Below, in pieces: positions 1 to 9,824 of a stretch of DNA of 64,000 nucleotides. Source of the stretch: Candidatus Magasanikiibacteriota bacterium (GTDB lineage: Bacteria; Patescibacteriota; Patescibacteriia; Magasanikbacterales; UBA922); the NCBI GenBank assembly GCA_041674805.1, contig JBAYVA010000002.1:83234-147233 (forward strand). Direction: 5' to 3'. The notes under the pieces were generated by a model, which was given only the letters and a program-made list of their open reading frames with translations, was not told the origin of the DNA and did no database searches. Position 1 is the first letter of the stretch. Every line of letters begins with the position of its first letter. The translations under genes and the position numbers were made by a program.

Positions 1-2
1 CT

Positions 3-305
3 GAAAGTTCTGAAAAAATAAGAACACGTGTCGAACGTGCTCGTGAAATACAAAACAAAAGATTTGCTGATAGTTCTTATACCACAAACAGTGAAATGAA
101 AAATAAAGATATTAAAAATTTTTGTAAATTAAATGAAGCATCTATTGAATTACTCAGACAAGCAGTCAGCCATATGAATTTATCAGCCCGCAGTTATCAC
201 CGCATTTTAAAATTAGCCAGAACGATTGCTGATTTGGCAGGTGTAGAATATATCGCCACCGAGCATATTGCTGAGGCTTTGCAATATAGAGCGAAGGTAG
301 AGTGA
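3..305 (+). CDS. comM: Mg-chelatase-like AAA+ ATPase (YifB/ComM family), C-terminal fragment; the 5' part lies outside the window
   Basis: Frame 3 is open from the window edge to TGA at 303-305. The tail ...SARSYHRILKLARTIADLAG..HIAEALQYR matches the conserved C-terminal domain of YifB/ComM proteins. Confidence 0.8.
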   Translation, partial: ESSEKIRTRVERAREIQNKRFADSSYTTNSEMKNKDIKNFCKLNEASIELLRQAVSHMNLSARSYHRILKLARTIADLAGVEYIATEHIAEALQYRAKVE

Positions 306-329
306 GAGATTTAACAAAAATTTTTATGT

Positions 330-1604
330 TTAAATTTTTTTAAAAAAATCTATAAAAATATACCAAGAATATTTCACCAAACTCGGTACATTGTGTAATT
401 TCAAAATCAAAGAGGATAGACCCTTTCCTTTTTCTTTACTATCACAAAATTGAAACAAAAAGCCTTCTTTTTCTTTGGCAATTATCTTATACATTTGTCT
501 AAAGGTACGATTTGTTTTCATTCTATCCCAAACAAATCTATAAAAAACTTGTTTTTTATAATAAGTAATTATATTATGATAATTATTCATATTTTTTAAA
601 AAACTAGCAAAAACTTTATCATCACTCTTATCAAAATAATCTACTAATAACTTAGCAGATTCAATACCTGAAATAATAGAACCTTTGATACCATCTGCAG
701 CAAAAGCTCCACAAAAACCAGCTGCATCACCTATCAATAAAATTTGTGATTTATAAATATTTTTAAGAGGTCCTCCAATTGGTATCTTACTACCATAAAC
801 ACCATAAGACGCATCAACAGAATTATCTATATTTATAATATTTTTTTTCAAAAGTACTTGTATAAATTTTTTTAACAATTCTTTGGCATTTTTATTCTCT
901 TTCATTTTTTTGGCAAGACCAATACGAAAAGCTTTTTTATCATCTATTATAGTAGAAGATAGCCAACCACCATAACCAAGTGAAAAATCACCAAACCAAA
1001 AATGATAAATTGTCTCTTCTGGATTTGGCCCTAATAAAATATTACCAAAATAAACTTCTTCTATACCAAATAGAAATTTTTTATTTTTTTCTAAAGAATT
1101 TTGTAAAGCAACCTTCGAGCTACCACCATCAGCTCCTATCAAAAATTTTGTTTTTACATTTATTTTATTACCTTTTTGCAAAAAATTGACTGTCATTTTT
1201 TTATTTTCTTCATCGATTTTACTATTATCTATATAAATAGTTTCTGTCCACAAAGTAACATTTTCTGATAAATTATTAGCCATTTCTTGTATCAATTTTT
1301 TTGTATCTGTTTGATAAATCCAAGGATCTTCCTTACTAGAAAAAAAATGTTCTTCAAAATCAGTAGTAACAACACCTATTGTTGTTATTTTATTAGTAAT
1401 ATAATTATCTATTTCAAAAAAACTATCAAATATTTGTCTAGTATGTTCTGTTATCAAACCTGTAGATTCTACAGTAAAACCAACTGATGGTTTAGCTTCT
1501 ACTATCAAAACTTTTATCTTAGAATCTTTAGGTAAATTACGAACAAAAGATAAACCAGAAAAGCTAGCTCCAACTACGACGATATCAAAATATAAATCAT
1601 TCAT
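330..1604 (-). CDS. FAD-dependent oxidoreductase, geranylgeranyl-reductase family
   Basis: 424-aa ORF. N-terminal dinucleotide-binding motif DIVVVGASFSGLS, later GADGGSS and GDAAGF motifs typical of this flavoprotein family. Confidence 0.7.
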   Translation of the reverse strand: MNDLYFDIVVVGASFSGLSFVRNLPKDSKIKVLIVEAKPSVGFTVESTGLITEHTRQIFDSFFEIDNYITNKITTIGVVTTDFEEHFFSSKEDPWIYQTDTKKLIQEMANNLSENVTLWTETIYIDNSKIDEENKKMTVNFLQKGNKINVKTKFLIGADGGSSKVALQNSLEKNKKFLFGIEEVYFGNILLGPNPEETIYHFWFGDFSLGYGGWLSSTIIDDKKAFRIGLAKKMKENKNAKELLKKFIQVLLKKNIINIDNSVDASYGVYGSKIPIGGPLKNIYKSQILLIGDAAGFCGAFAADGIKGSIISGIESAKLLVDYFDKSDDKVFASFLKNMNNYHNIITYYKKQVFYRFVWDRMKTNRTFRQMYKIIAKEKEGFLFQFCDSKEKGKGLSSLILKLHNVPSLVKYSWYIFIDFFKKI

Positions 1605-1697
1605 AATTTTAATAATTATTTATATAACAACTAAATTACAGCCAACTAAGCATACCACATTACAAAAAAAAGAAAAGCATATTTATACTTTTCTTTG

Positions 1698-1771
1698 TCG
1701 GAGTGAAAGGACTTGAACCTTCGACCCTCTGGTCCCAAACCAGATGCTCTAGCCAACTGAGCTACACTCCG
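1698..1771 (-). tRNA. tRNA-Pro (anticodon UGG)
   Basis: The reverse complement folds as a cloverleaf: CGGAGTG acceptor, GCTC/GAGC D-stem, anticodon loop TTTGGGA, T-loop TTCAAGT. CCA is not encoded. Confidence 0.9.
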
Positions 1772-1781
1772 TTATAAGTTA

Positions 1782-1841
1782 AAAGTTCATAAAGTTATAA
1801 AGTTTTTAAAGTTAAAAGTAACTTTTAACTTTATGAACTTT
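1782..1841. repeat. Long AT-rich hairpin between tRNA-Pro and tRNA-Phe
   Basis: 15-bp perfect inverted arms aaagttcataaagtt (1782-1796) / aactttatgaacttt (1827-1841), with an inner palindrome ttaaaagtaacttttaa. Built from tandem ATAAAGTT-like units. Confidence 0.7.
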
Positions 1842-1861
1842 AAAAACTTTCAACTTCTCTG

Positions 1862-1933
1862 TGCCGAGGGGGAGAATTGAACTCCCGACACGAGGATTTT
1901 CAGTCCACTGCTCTACCACTGAGCTACCTCGGC
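1862..1933 (-). tRNA. tRNA-Phe (anticodon GAA)
   Basis: Reverse complement GCCGAGGTAGCTCAGTGGTAGAGC...CTGAAAA...GGGAGTTCAATTCTCCCCCTCGGCA, a canonical cloverleaf. Confidence 0.9.
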
Positions 1934-1941
1934 TTTAAAAA

Positions 1942-2019
1942 ACAGTTGACACTTGACTGTTAACAATTAACTTTCAAAATTACATCAATGTTAAATGTCA
2001 CAAGTCAAATGTCAACTGT
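1942..2019. repeat. Inverted repeat between tRNA-Phe and tRNA-Ala containing TTGACA boxes
   Basis: acagttgacacttgact (1942-1958) versus the reverse complement of agtcaaatgtcaactgt (2003-2019), 16/17 match. The core acagTTGACAttt also occurs at the tig promoter. Confidence 0.6.
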
Positions 2020-2025
2020 CGATAG

Positions 2026-2098
2026 TGGACCAGACAGGACTCGAACCTGCCACATCCGCCGTGCAAGGGCGGCGCTCTACCAGATGAGCTACTGGCCC
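2026..2098 (-). tRNA. tRNA-Ala (anticodon UGC)
   Basis: The reverse complement has a GGGCCAG acceptor stem with a G3:U70 pair, anticodon loop CTTGCAC and T-loop TTCGAGT. Confidence 0.9.
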
Positions 2099-2194
2099 AT
2101 TATAATACAGACTTTTATACAACATTTTTAGACGAGAAAATTATATCAATAATACGATTAAAAGTCAATACTTTTAAGACACCTTTCCACAATA

Positions 2195-3892
2195 CTACTT
2201 TAAAAAGCTAATTCCTGAGGTAAATCTTAGTTGCATTTCATCTTTTTGACTTTTACGAAGATCAAAAAATGTCTTATTTGTCAAAGGTTTATTTTGAATA
2301 ATATCAGAAATCCACTGTCCTCCCAACAAGTGTGTCATCATCACATAATTGGCTCCAGCTTCATATAAATCATCCAAATAAGTATTATGATAAAGATTAC
2401 CAATAATAATAACTTTTTTATTTATTTTTCTAATGTGTTTGAACAAAATGATTTGATCATCAGGATTAGGTATTGTACAAACTATCATTTCTGCTTTTTC
2501 CAAAGGCAAACTTTCCAAAAATTCTATATCACTAACATCCCCAAAAAATGCCGGAATATGTCTATTTTTCAAAACTTTTACTGCTTCAGGATTATAATCC
2601 ACTACCGCATATTTCATATTTTTTTCAGCAAAACCTTCACACACTTTCCAACCAATACGATGATAACCAAAAACCCAATTAGTAAAAATTTCTTCATTTT
2701 TTTCTATTTGTTTGTGCTTATCATGTCCGAACAAATTGAAGACTGGACGCAAAAATTCAAAAATCTTCTCACTATAAGTAATAAGATAAGAAGATACAAT
2801 AATAGTTGTCAAAGCGACAATAGTAAAAATTTCTAATTCTTTGCCAACCACATGTCCCAAATTTCTTCCAACAATCAAAAGCACAAAACCAAATTCACTG
2901 ACCTGAGCCGCTGTCACACCAGCCAAAAAACTATTTCTTCTTGTGAATTTTTGTGAACGAAAAGCCCAATACAAAACAAAAGGATTACCAATCAAAATAA
3001 ATAAAGATAAAATCAAACCATTTATCCAAATTCCATCCAAATTAGTAAGTGACATTTCACTACCCAAAATAATAAAAAATATCACAATAAAAAAATCACG
3101 CAAAGGTTTGATACGACTAGAAATTTCTGATTGAAAAGGCGAAGAACCAAGAGTAAGACCAGCTACTATAGCACCAATTTCCAAAGAAAAACCCAACCAA
3201 TATAACAAACTAGAAATACCAAAACACCAAGTCAAAGTAAAAATAAAAAGAAATTCACCAGACTTCGCCACACTTTGTAAAATTTTTGGAATAATATATC
3301 TCGCTGTCAGTCCAACAAATCCCAACAAAATAAATATCTTACCAACTAATTCTCCTACTTCTACCCAAATATTATTTCCTTGACCTAATGATGTCACCAT
3401 CATCATAATAAAAATAGCCACAATATCTTGTACTACCATGAGACCAATAGTATATCTACCATAAACACTTTCAGTGTCTTTTTTGTCTGCCAATAATTTT
3501 ACAATAATAATAGTACTAGAGAAAGTCAAAGCCAAAGCCAAATAAATAGCTGACGATGCTGAAAATTTCATGGCAAGAAGTATCAAAAAGCCAAGAGAAG
3601 CTGTAAATATTACTTGGGCCATACCTGTAATGACCGCAACTTTACCAATACTCTTGATATGTTGAATATTGAGACTTAAACCTACCACAAACAAAAGCAA
3701 CACAACACCAAATTCAGCCAAAGCATCAAAAGTATGTCCACCTTCTTGCAACAAATTCAAAAACATCGGACCAGCAATAATGCCAGCAATCAGATAAGAA
3801 ATTAAAAGTGGTTGTTTTAACAAACGCAATACAAAAGCTACAGAAACAGTAATACCAAGCAAAGCAGAAATTTGAAGAAAAATATTATCCAT
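2195..3892 (-). CDS. Cation:proton antiporter (CPA2/Kef-type) with C-terminal RCK/TrkA-N domain
   Basis: 565-aa ORF with about 12 predicted TM helices in a Na+/H+ exchanger-like layout, followed by a soluble Rossmann-like tail (VFGYHRIGWKV..VVDYNPE..FGDVSD). Confidence 0.8.
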   Translation of the reverse strand: MDNIFLQISALLGITVSVAFVLRLLKQPLLISYLIAGIIAGPMFLNLLQEGGHTFDALAEFGVVLLLFVVGLSLNIQHIKSIGKVAVITGMAQVIFTASLGFLILLAMKFSASSAIYLALALTFSSTIIIVKLLADKKDTESVYGRYTIGLMVVQDIVAIFIMMMVTSLGQGNNIWVEVGELVGKIFILLGFVGLTARYIIPKILQSVAKSGEFLFIFTLTWCFGISSLLYWLGFSLEIGAIVAGLTLGSSPFQSEISSRIKPLRDFFIVIFFIILGSEMSLTNLDGIWINGLILSLFILIGNPFVLYWAFRSQKFTRRNSFLAGVTAAQVSEFGFVLLIVGRNLGHVVGKELEIFTIVALTTIIVSSYLITYSEKIFEFLRPVFNLFGHDKHKQIEKNEEIFTNWVFGYHRIGWKVCEGFAEKNMKYAVVDYNPEAVKVLKNRHIPAFFGDVSDIEFLESLPLEKAEMIVCTIPNPDDQIILFKHIRKINKKVIIIGNLYHNTYLDDLYEAGANYVMMTHLLGGQWISDIIQNKPLTNKTFFDLRKSQKDEMQLRFTSGISFLK

Positions 3893-3953
3893 GTTTTTTT
3901 ATTATTTGTTTATAAACATATTATAACAAATTTTTAATTTTTTTTCTACAATT

Positions 3954-6900
3954 TTATTTAGAAATAAATTTTTTAATCAATTTTTTTATTTTTGAAAAAA
4001 TATTTTCTCCATTACTTTTCAAAAAAAGTCCAAACAAAATAGCAGTAAAACCACCAGCTGTAGCTGTTAAATATTTTTCAACAATATCCGCGTTGTCTTG
4101 CTCTTTGGCTTTTTCTTTTTTTGTTACCAAATCTTCACTAACACCTGTTTTAATAATATCATTTTGATCACGTGGCAACAATTGATATTCTGTTTTTGTT
4201 TGATGAAGTAGTCCAGTAATACTTACTAAATTACCTTCTTCAAATATATCTTTTTTTATACCAGCTCCTCTCTTAAAATATACTTTTATTTCCTCAGTTC
4301 CATCGTCTACATACATATAAGAACTTTTTATTTCTGTAATTTCACCACTTACCAAAATAAGACTACCTTCATATTGTTCCCCCACATCTTCTAATTCCAA
4401 GACTCTACCAATTGGTAATTCACTATGTCCCAATTTTTTTATATCATTTTTTTCTTTTAATTTTATTCTAGTTTCACCAGAAGTTTCTGTAATTTCTCCC
4501 ATAACTTCTATTTTGTCTCCCCTTTTTAAATCTGGAAAATCTTTACTAAACATATAAATTTGTACACCAGCATTTTCAGAAACTATATAAAAAATTTGTG
4601 TACCCATTATACCTGGTTCTACTGCTACTGTACCTGTCACACTAATCATATCACCCAAATCTTCATCACGTATTTTTTCTAAACTAGTGTTTATAACTGC
4701 TTTCACTGAATTACTCTTACTTTTTACTATTTTAACGGATTTTACTTCTGTTATTTCTTCTACAAAATTTACCTCACCAGGGCTAATAATTTTATTCCAA
4801 ATCCAGTTACCTTCACTATTACGAACATAAGAGGCTCCTTCTATTACATCATCAAATCTTACTTCCATTATAATAGTTCCATCAGGATACAAAAGACGCA
4901 CAGAATCACTAGTGTTATTCAAAGCCAACTTTGTATCTTGGCGACCAAAGACTTTATATTCTTTAGCTTTTATCAAAGTATTAGCTCCTACAGTATAAGC
5001 TTTTGATCCACCTTCTTCATCATCAATTTTTAAACCCGAAATATCAACATCTTCTTCTGTAGGATTGTGAATTTCAATAAATTCAGTAGTATCTGAACCT
5101 ACTGGATTTGGCAAAATCTCTGAAATGTACAAAACAGATATATCACTTGTTCCAGCATAACCACCCACAAAATCTTGAGACAATTTTACACTTAAAACAA
5201 CATCCTTTTTACTTTCATTACTACCATCACTTACTGTCAAAGATACAGTATAAACTCCTTGTTGCAAAAATTTATGTTCTACACTCGCGCCATCTTCATC
5301 AGTCCCATCAGCAAAATCCCAATGAAATTTTAAATCTTTTCCTTCTGGACTAACAGTATCAGAAGCATCAAATTTCACCCATTCATTTACAGCTACTTCG
5401 GTATCTACATCAAGTGCAATAATTGGTGCTGCACTTTTACCTTCTACTATGTTTTTGCTTCCAGCAGTAATTTTACTACTCCATACCCAAGTAGCATCAT
5501 CTTGCCTCACATAACTAAAAGAATCACTAGCACTACCAGGATAACTTACACTATTTACGATTGCCCCATTTGGAGAAAATAATTTTACTTCATCTCCTCC
5601 TGTATTATTTAGAGCTATTTGTGTCATAGTTCTTTTGAAAACAATGAATTCATTTGCTTTCAATACACCTTGTTTTATTGTATATTTTTTCTTACTAGAA
5701 TCAGATAATTGCCAATCTTTCAAATCAATAGTTTCTGTACCTTTATTCCAAATTTCAATAAACTCATCATCACTATCACTACCTGGAGGATTTGGATAAA
5801 TTTCATTCAAAACTATGTTTGTTTGCAAAGAAAAAATTTCTTGTTTTTCCAAATCTTCAGCTTTTAAAGATAAAACATTTTTTTGTCCCCTAGTAATAGT
5901 ATCTGTAATTATAAAATCATAATAATCATTATCAGCATCTTGTCCATCTGTTTTTCTTATCAACGAATATGGATCACTTGCCACAGCAGCATTATCATAA
6001 GTATTACCATCATCCCAATTGCCATAAGTAACTTTATCTATTTCTTTTTTACTAGGATCTAATAATAACAAAATATCACCAGCATTATTGAGACTTCCTT
6101 TTGGTTCCTCAATTACAAAAAAACCTTTAGGCAAAATAGTCCCTGTCAAAATCGTAATTGTTTCACTACCATCTTCCAAAGACCAATCATTTAAATCAAT
6201 AATTTCTGAAGTGTTGTTATATATTTCTACGAATTCTTTTTCTCCATCACTAGGATCAGAAACCAACTCGTTTATGACCAAATCTCGTGCATTATAATTT
6301 TTTGTTGTTACTTCAGAACTAGAAGACGAACCTCCACCAGAACTAGAAACTGGAATATTTTTAATAATATTGACTTCACCTGGCGTTGGTTCTGTGGTAA
6401 TAGAAAAATCATTTTTATTATTTCCCGTGTTTTGACCATCCACGATTCTCGCCACAGAATAAGGATCACTGTGTGCAGGAGCGTTGTCTGAAATATCTTC
6501 ATCAAAAAAATCTATCCAATCACCAAAACGCACTGTGTCTATCAAATTACCAGAATTATCATACAAAAAAATACCATCACCATCATTGTTCAATTTACTA
6601 GACAAAATATTTACTCGCAAAAAACTTTTTGTTTCCAAAATATTATCCAAAACCAAAATTTTTTTTGTGCTACTACTACTTTTGTCACCTTCGTGCACTT
6701 CCCAATCTTTCAAATCAATAGTAGAGGTAGAATTATTATATATTTCTACCCATTCATTTTCACCAGCCACAGGATCACTTACAAATTCATTAATAACTAT
6801 TTCATAATTAGGAATAGTATTTGTCGTGGTAGTAGTACTTTCAAAATTTTCTACTATACTAAAGTTAAAAATGTCACTTGCAAAATCATTTTTATCATCT

Positions 6901-7697
6901 ATAACTTTTAATTCAAGACTAAAGTTGCCAATATCAGAAAAAATATATGAAAAAAAAGAACTAGTTGATAAAAGTATATTATCAAACAACCAATTATACT
7001 CTACTATTTGGCCATCACTATCACTAGAAGTACTACCATCAAAATCTACAGCTTTTGATTTTTGAAAAATGTTTCCACTTGTAACAATTTTGGCAACAGG
7101 TTTTTGATTTTGAATATCATTATTATCTAAAGACCAATAATTTTTTTGTCCTACCGAATTATTGTCTGGATGTTCTTGCCAATTATCAATATTATTTATT
7201 GGCTGAAATACATCCATTCTTTCCAAAGAATGATTATTTTGGATGGCTTTATAAACAAAATTTTCTATGAAACTATCATCTTTTTTTAAACCTATTTCTT
7301 CTCCACCCTTGTTCAAAGTTGTCCAAGAACTGTCCAAAATTAAAGAAGAAAAATTTGGATATCTCTCAAAAAAATTCAAATCATTTTGAGTAATTACAGC
7401 GTATCCTTTTGGAGCTAAAATAAAAGTTTGAAACAAACTTTTTTCACTAATATTTAAACTATGATTAGTATCTGCTTCCCAAAATTTCCAGCCAGTCAAA
7501 TCCATACTTTCATCACCTTTGTTATAAATTTCTATCCACTGAAAACCACTTTCAGCACAACCAGTAGGACAAATTTCTGTAATCACCACATCATTATCAG
7601 AACCAAAAACAAAATTTTTAAATAAAAAAACACTCAATATAAGTGCTAAAAAAAACAAACTAAATTTTCTTAATTTAATAAAAAAAATTTTAATCAT
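3954..7697 (-). CDS. Giant secreted, membrane-anchored protein: 5 lamin-tail domains, 2 PKD-like domains, OB-fold-like module and C-terminal TM helix
   Basis: 1247 aa with an N-terminal signal/TM. Five repeats fit the pattern (I/V)xxNE(I/L)..P......E(F/W)(I/V)E(I/L)(Y/W/H)N....(I/V)DL..W. PKD-like segments include FHWDFADGTDEDG..YTVSLTVSDGSN. The C-terminal anchor is TAILFGLFL. Confidence 0.8.
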   Translation of the reverse strand: MIKIFFIKLRKFSLFFLALILSVFLFKNFVFGSDNDVVITEICPTGCAESGFQWIEIYNKGDESMDLTGWKFWEADTNHSLNISEKSLFQTFILAPKGYAVITQNDLNFFERYPNFSSLILDSSWTTLNKGGEEIGLKKDDSFIENFVYKAIQNNHSLERMDVFQPINNIDNWQEHPDNNSVGQKNYWSLDNNDIQNQKPVAKIVTSGNIFQKSKAVDFDGSTSSDSDGQIVEYNWLFDNILLSTSSFFSYIFSDIGNFSLELKVIDDKNDFASDIFNFSIVENFESTTTTTNTIPNYEIVINEFVSDPVAGENEWVEIYNNSTSTIDLKDWEVHEGDKSSSSTKKILVLDNILETKSFLRVNILSSKLNNDGDGIFLYDNSGNLIDTVRFGDWIDFFDEDISDNAPAHSDPYSVARIVDGQNTGNNKNDFSITTEPTPGEVNIIKNIPVSSSGGGSSSSSEVTTKNYNARDLVINELVSDPSDGEKEFVEIYNNTSEIIDLNDWSLEDGSETITILTGTILPKGFFVIEEPKGSLNNAGDILLLLDPSKKEIDKVTYGNWDDGNTYDNAAVASDPYSLIRKTDGQDADNDYYDFIITDTITRGQKNVLSLKAEDLEKQEIFSLQTNIVLNEIYPNPPGSDSDDEFIEIWNKGTETIDLKDWQLSDSSKKKYTIKQGVLKANEFIVFKRTMTQIALNNTGGDEVKLFSPNGAIVNSVSYPGSASDSFSYVRQDDATWVWSSKITAGSKNIVEGKSAAPIIALDVDTEVAVNEWVKFDASDTVSPEGKDLKFHWDFADGTDEDGASVEHKFLQQGVYTVSLTVSDGSNESKKDVVLSVKLSQDFVGGYAGTSDISVLYISEILPNPVGSDTTEFIEIHNPTEEDVDISGLKIDDEEGGSKAYTVGANTLIKAKEYKVFGRQDTKLALNNTSDSVRLLYPDGTIIMEVRFDDVIEGASYVRNSEGNWIWNKIISPGEVNFVEEITEVKSVKIVKSKSNSVKAVINTSLEKIRDEDLGDMISVTGTVAVEPGIMGTQIFYIVSENAGVQIYMFSKDFPDLKRGDKIEVMGEITETSGETRIKLKEKNDIKKLGHSELPIGRVLELEDVGEQYEGSLILVSGEITEIKSSYMYVDDGTEEIKVYFKRGAGIKKDIFEEGNLVSITGLLHQTKTEYQLLPRDQNDIIKTGVSEDLVTKKEKAKEQDNADIVEKYLTATAGGFTAILFGLFLKSNGENIFSKIKKLIKKFISK

Positions 7698-7770
7698 ATT
7701 CCCCCCTTAAAAGATTAGATTATAAAAACAAAAATATTATAACATAAAATTTTAAAAAATAAAAAGCCGT

Positions 7771-7800
7771 TTGACAACTTTGTGGACAAAGATCTATACT
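7771..7800 (+). promoter_or_regulatory. Sigma70-type promoter of the MazG-like gene, with a DnaA-box-like 9-mer in the spacer
   Basis: TTGACA (7771-7776), 18-nt spacer, TATACT (7795-7800). The spacer contains tgtggacaa (7781-7789), one mismatch from TGTGGATAA. Confidence 0.55.
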
Positions 7801-7823
7801 TACTAAAATAAAAAGAAAAAAAT

Positions 7824-8126
7824 ATGAAATACAATAAACTTATTCGTGATAAAATCCCAGAAAATTTAAATAAAAAAAACGTAAAATACAAAATTCATAT
7901 TGCCGACGAAAAAGAATATGAAGAAAAATTACGAGAAAAACTCGGTGAAGAAATGCAAGAATTTTTAAAAAATTCCAATGTAGAAGAATTAGCCGATATC
8001 TTGGAGGTAATATACGCTCTTTGCACTTTTTATAAGATAGACAGAAAAGACTTAGAAAAAACAAGAAAAGAAAAATTCGAAAAAAAGGGAGGTTTTAATG
8101 ATAAAATTATTTTAGAAGAAAGTTAA
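7824..8126 (+). CDS. All-alpha NTP pyrophosphohydrolase (MazG / PRA-PH-like house-cleaning enzyme)
   Basis: 100 aa. The N-terminal YNKLIRDKIPE and the acidic helix EExxEF..ELADILEV are typical of this small family. Confidence 0.65.
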   Translation: MKYNKLIRDKIPENLNKKNVKYKIHIADEKEYEEKLREKLGEEMQEFLKNSNVEELADILEVIYALCTFYKIDRKDLEKTRKEKFEKKGGFNDKIILEES

Positions 8127-8131
8127 AAAAA

Positions 8132-8165
8132 TAAAAATACTCTTAGTTTAACAAGAGTATTTTTA
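8132..8165. terminator. Bidirectional rho-independent terminator
   Basis: Stem atactctt / aagagtat flanked by an A-run and a T-run, between convergent genes. Confidence 0.7.
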
Positions 8166-8187
8166 TTTAAATAACTAATAACTATAA

Positions 8188-9591
8188 TTATTTTCTAACG
8201 TAAGAAAGTGGATTAACAAATTTTCCATTTACACGAATTTCAAAGTGAGTGTGAGGTCCAGTAGAACGACCTGTAGATCCCATCAAGGCAATCGTTTGTC
8301 CTTGTGTCACATAGTCACCAACTTCTACAAATAATTTTGAGTTATGCCCATATAAAGATACTACACCATTACCATGATCAATTTTGATATAACAACCATA
8401 TCCACCATTATAACCACATTGTGAAGTAATTACAGTACCAGCTTTGGTTGCATAAATGGCTGTACCAATAGGGCCTGCAACATCCAAGCCAGTGTGTTTC
8501 AACCCATAATATTGGGTAACAATCTTAGCAGCAGTTGGCCACAAATAACCAGAACCAGCAGGAGCTTCTACTGAAGAAGGTAAAGCAACTACATTATTAT
8601 AAGAAGCAGGCCTTGTCGCTACATAAGTTGGTTTTTTAATTTCTTCCACTTTTTTGCCACCAGGAACGATAAGCAGTTCCCCTATCACAATATCAGCACC
8701 ACCCTCTTCCAATTTATTAAATTTTATAATTTCATCAGAATTCGCACCATAAACTTTGGCAATTTTGGAAATAGTATCATTTTTAACTACTTTGTGTGTC
8801 ACACCATCAGTTGGTAAAATAATCAAAGTTTGATTTGGTTTAATAGTAGACCTTGCAGTTAAATTGTTTGCCCATAAAATTGTATTTACACTAATACCAA
8901 AACGACTTGCTATTTCTCCTATTACATCCCCAGACTGTACAACATATTCCAAAATTTCACTTCTATTAGTTTTTACAATTTGTGAACCATTCGAATTTTG
9001 ATTTGCCAACTCTGAACCAGGAATAATTGTTGGTTTAGTTACTGCACTACCACCGACAGTGACACTTACCAAATCTTCTAATTTATTACTTTTATTTAAA
9101 ACTTCTTTGCTATTTTCTACAGAAATACTACCATCTTTCCAATTCAAATTACTTTTATCACTGTTATTTGTGTTTATATTGTTTACAAGTATTTCTTCTT
9201 CATAAAAGTCTTGATCACTAGTGTCGATAATTTTATATAGCAAAGAATTTCTACCAGAAATTTCACCAAATTCTTTGGTATATAATTTAGTATGGGGATA
9301 CATAATAACAAAAAATATTATAAACAAAAAAATCTGAAGAACACCTCTTCTACCAAAAATTTCTATTTTACTTTCTTGTCTAAATAATTTTAATTTATTT
9401 AAATTTTTTTTACTATAAAAAAGGGCTTTAAACAATACAAACCCCAAAGTTCTTTTATAAATATTATTAACAAATAACAAAAATTTCCAAAAAAAAGATA
9501 TCCCGAAAAAAGTAAACCTTTTTAAATATATCAAAGACTTAAGTAAATATAATATAAATTTGTAAAATTTTTGATTCATAGGTATGTCCAA
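8188..9591 (-). CDS. Peptidoglycan hydrolase: two LysM domains plus an M23 metallopeptidase domain
   Basis: LysM-like YVVQSGDVIGEIASRFGISVNTILWANNL and HKVVKNDTISKIAKVYGANSDEIIKFNKL. M23 motifs HTGLDVAG and GPHTHFEI. N-terminal TM segment. Confidence 0.85.
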   Translation of the reverse strand: MDIPMNQKFYKFILYLLKSLIYLKRFTFFGISFFWKFLLFVNNIYKRTLGFVLFKALFYSKKNLNKLKLFRQESKIEIFGRRGVLQIFLFIIFFVIMYPHTKLYTKEFGEISGRNSLLYKIIDTSDQDFYEEEILVNNINTNNSDKSNLNWKDGSISVENSKEVLNKSNKLEDLVSVTVGGSAVTKPTIIPGSELANQNSNGSQIVKTNRSEILEYVVQSGDVIGEIASRFGISVNTILWANNLTARSTIKPNQTLIILPTDGVTHKVVKNDTISKIAKVYGANSDEIIKFNKLEEGGADIVIGELLIVPGGKKVEEIKKPTYVATRPASYNNVVALPSSVEAPAGSGYLWPTAAKIVTQYYGLKHTGLDVAGPIGTAIYATKAGTVITSQCGYNGGYGCYIKIDHGNGVVSLYGHNSKLFVEVGDYVTQGQTIALMGSTGRSTGPHTHFEIRVNGKFVNPLSYVRK

Positions 9592-9701
9592 TTATAACTC
9601 AAAATAGACTTTTTTTCAATTCTAAACAATTTTTTAATCAAAAACAAAAAACTATTGAATTTTATAATAATCTATGCTATTATAATTTCACACAAAATAA
9701 T

Positions 9702-9776
9702 GGTACCGTAGCCAAGCGGTAAGGCAGGGGTCTGCAAAACCTCTATTCGTGAGTTCGATTCTCGCCGGTACCTCCA
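9702..9776 (+). tRNA. tRNA-Cys (anticodon GCA), 3' CCA encoded
   Basis: GGTACCG acceptor, A13:A22-type D-stem, anticodon loop CTGCAAA, T-loop TTCGATT, discriminator U followed by CCA. Confidence 0.9.
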
Positions 9777-9785
9777 TAATTATAC

Positions 9786-9815
9786 AAAAAAACAGCTTAC
9801 CTAAGCTGTTTTTTA
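9786..9815. terminator. Bidirectional rho-independent terminator
   Basis: Stem acagctta / taagctgt flanked by an A-run and a T-run. Confidence 0.7.
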
Positions 9816-9824
9816 TAATTTTTT

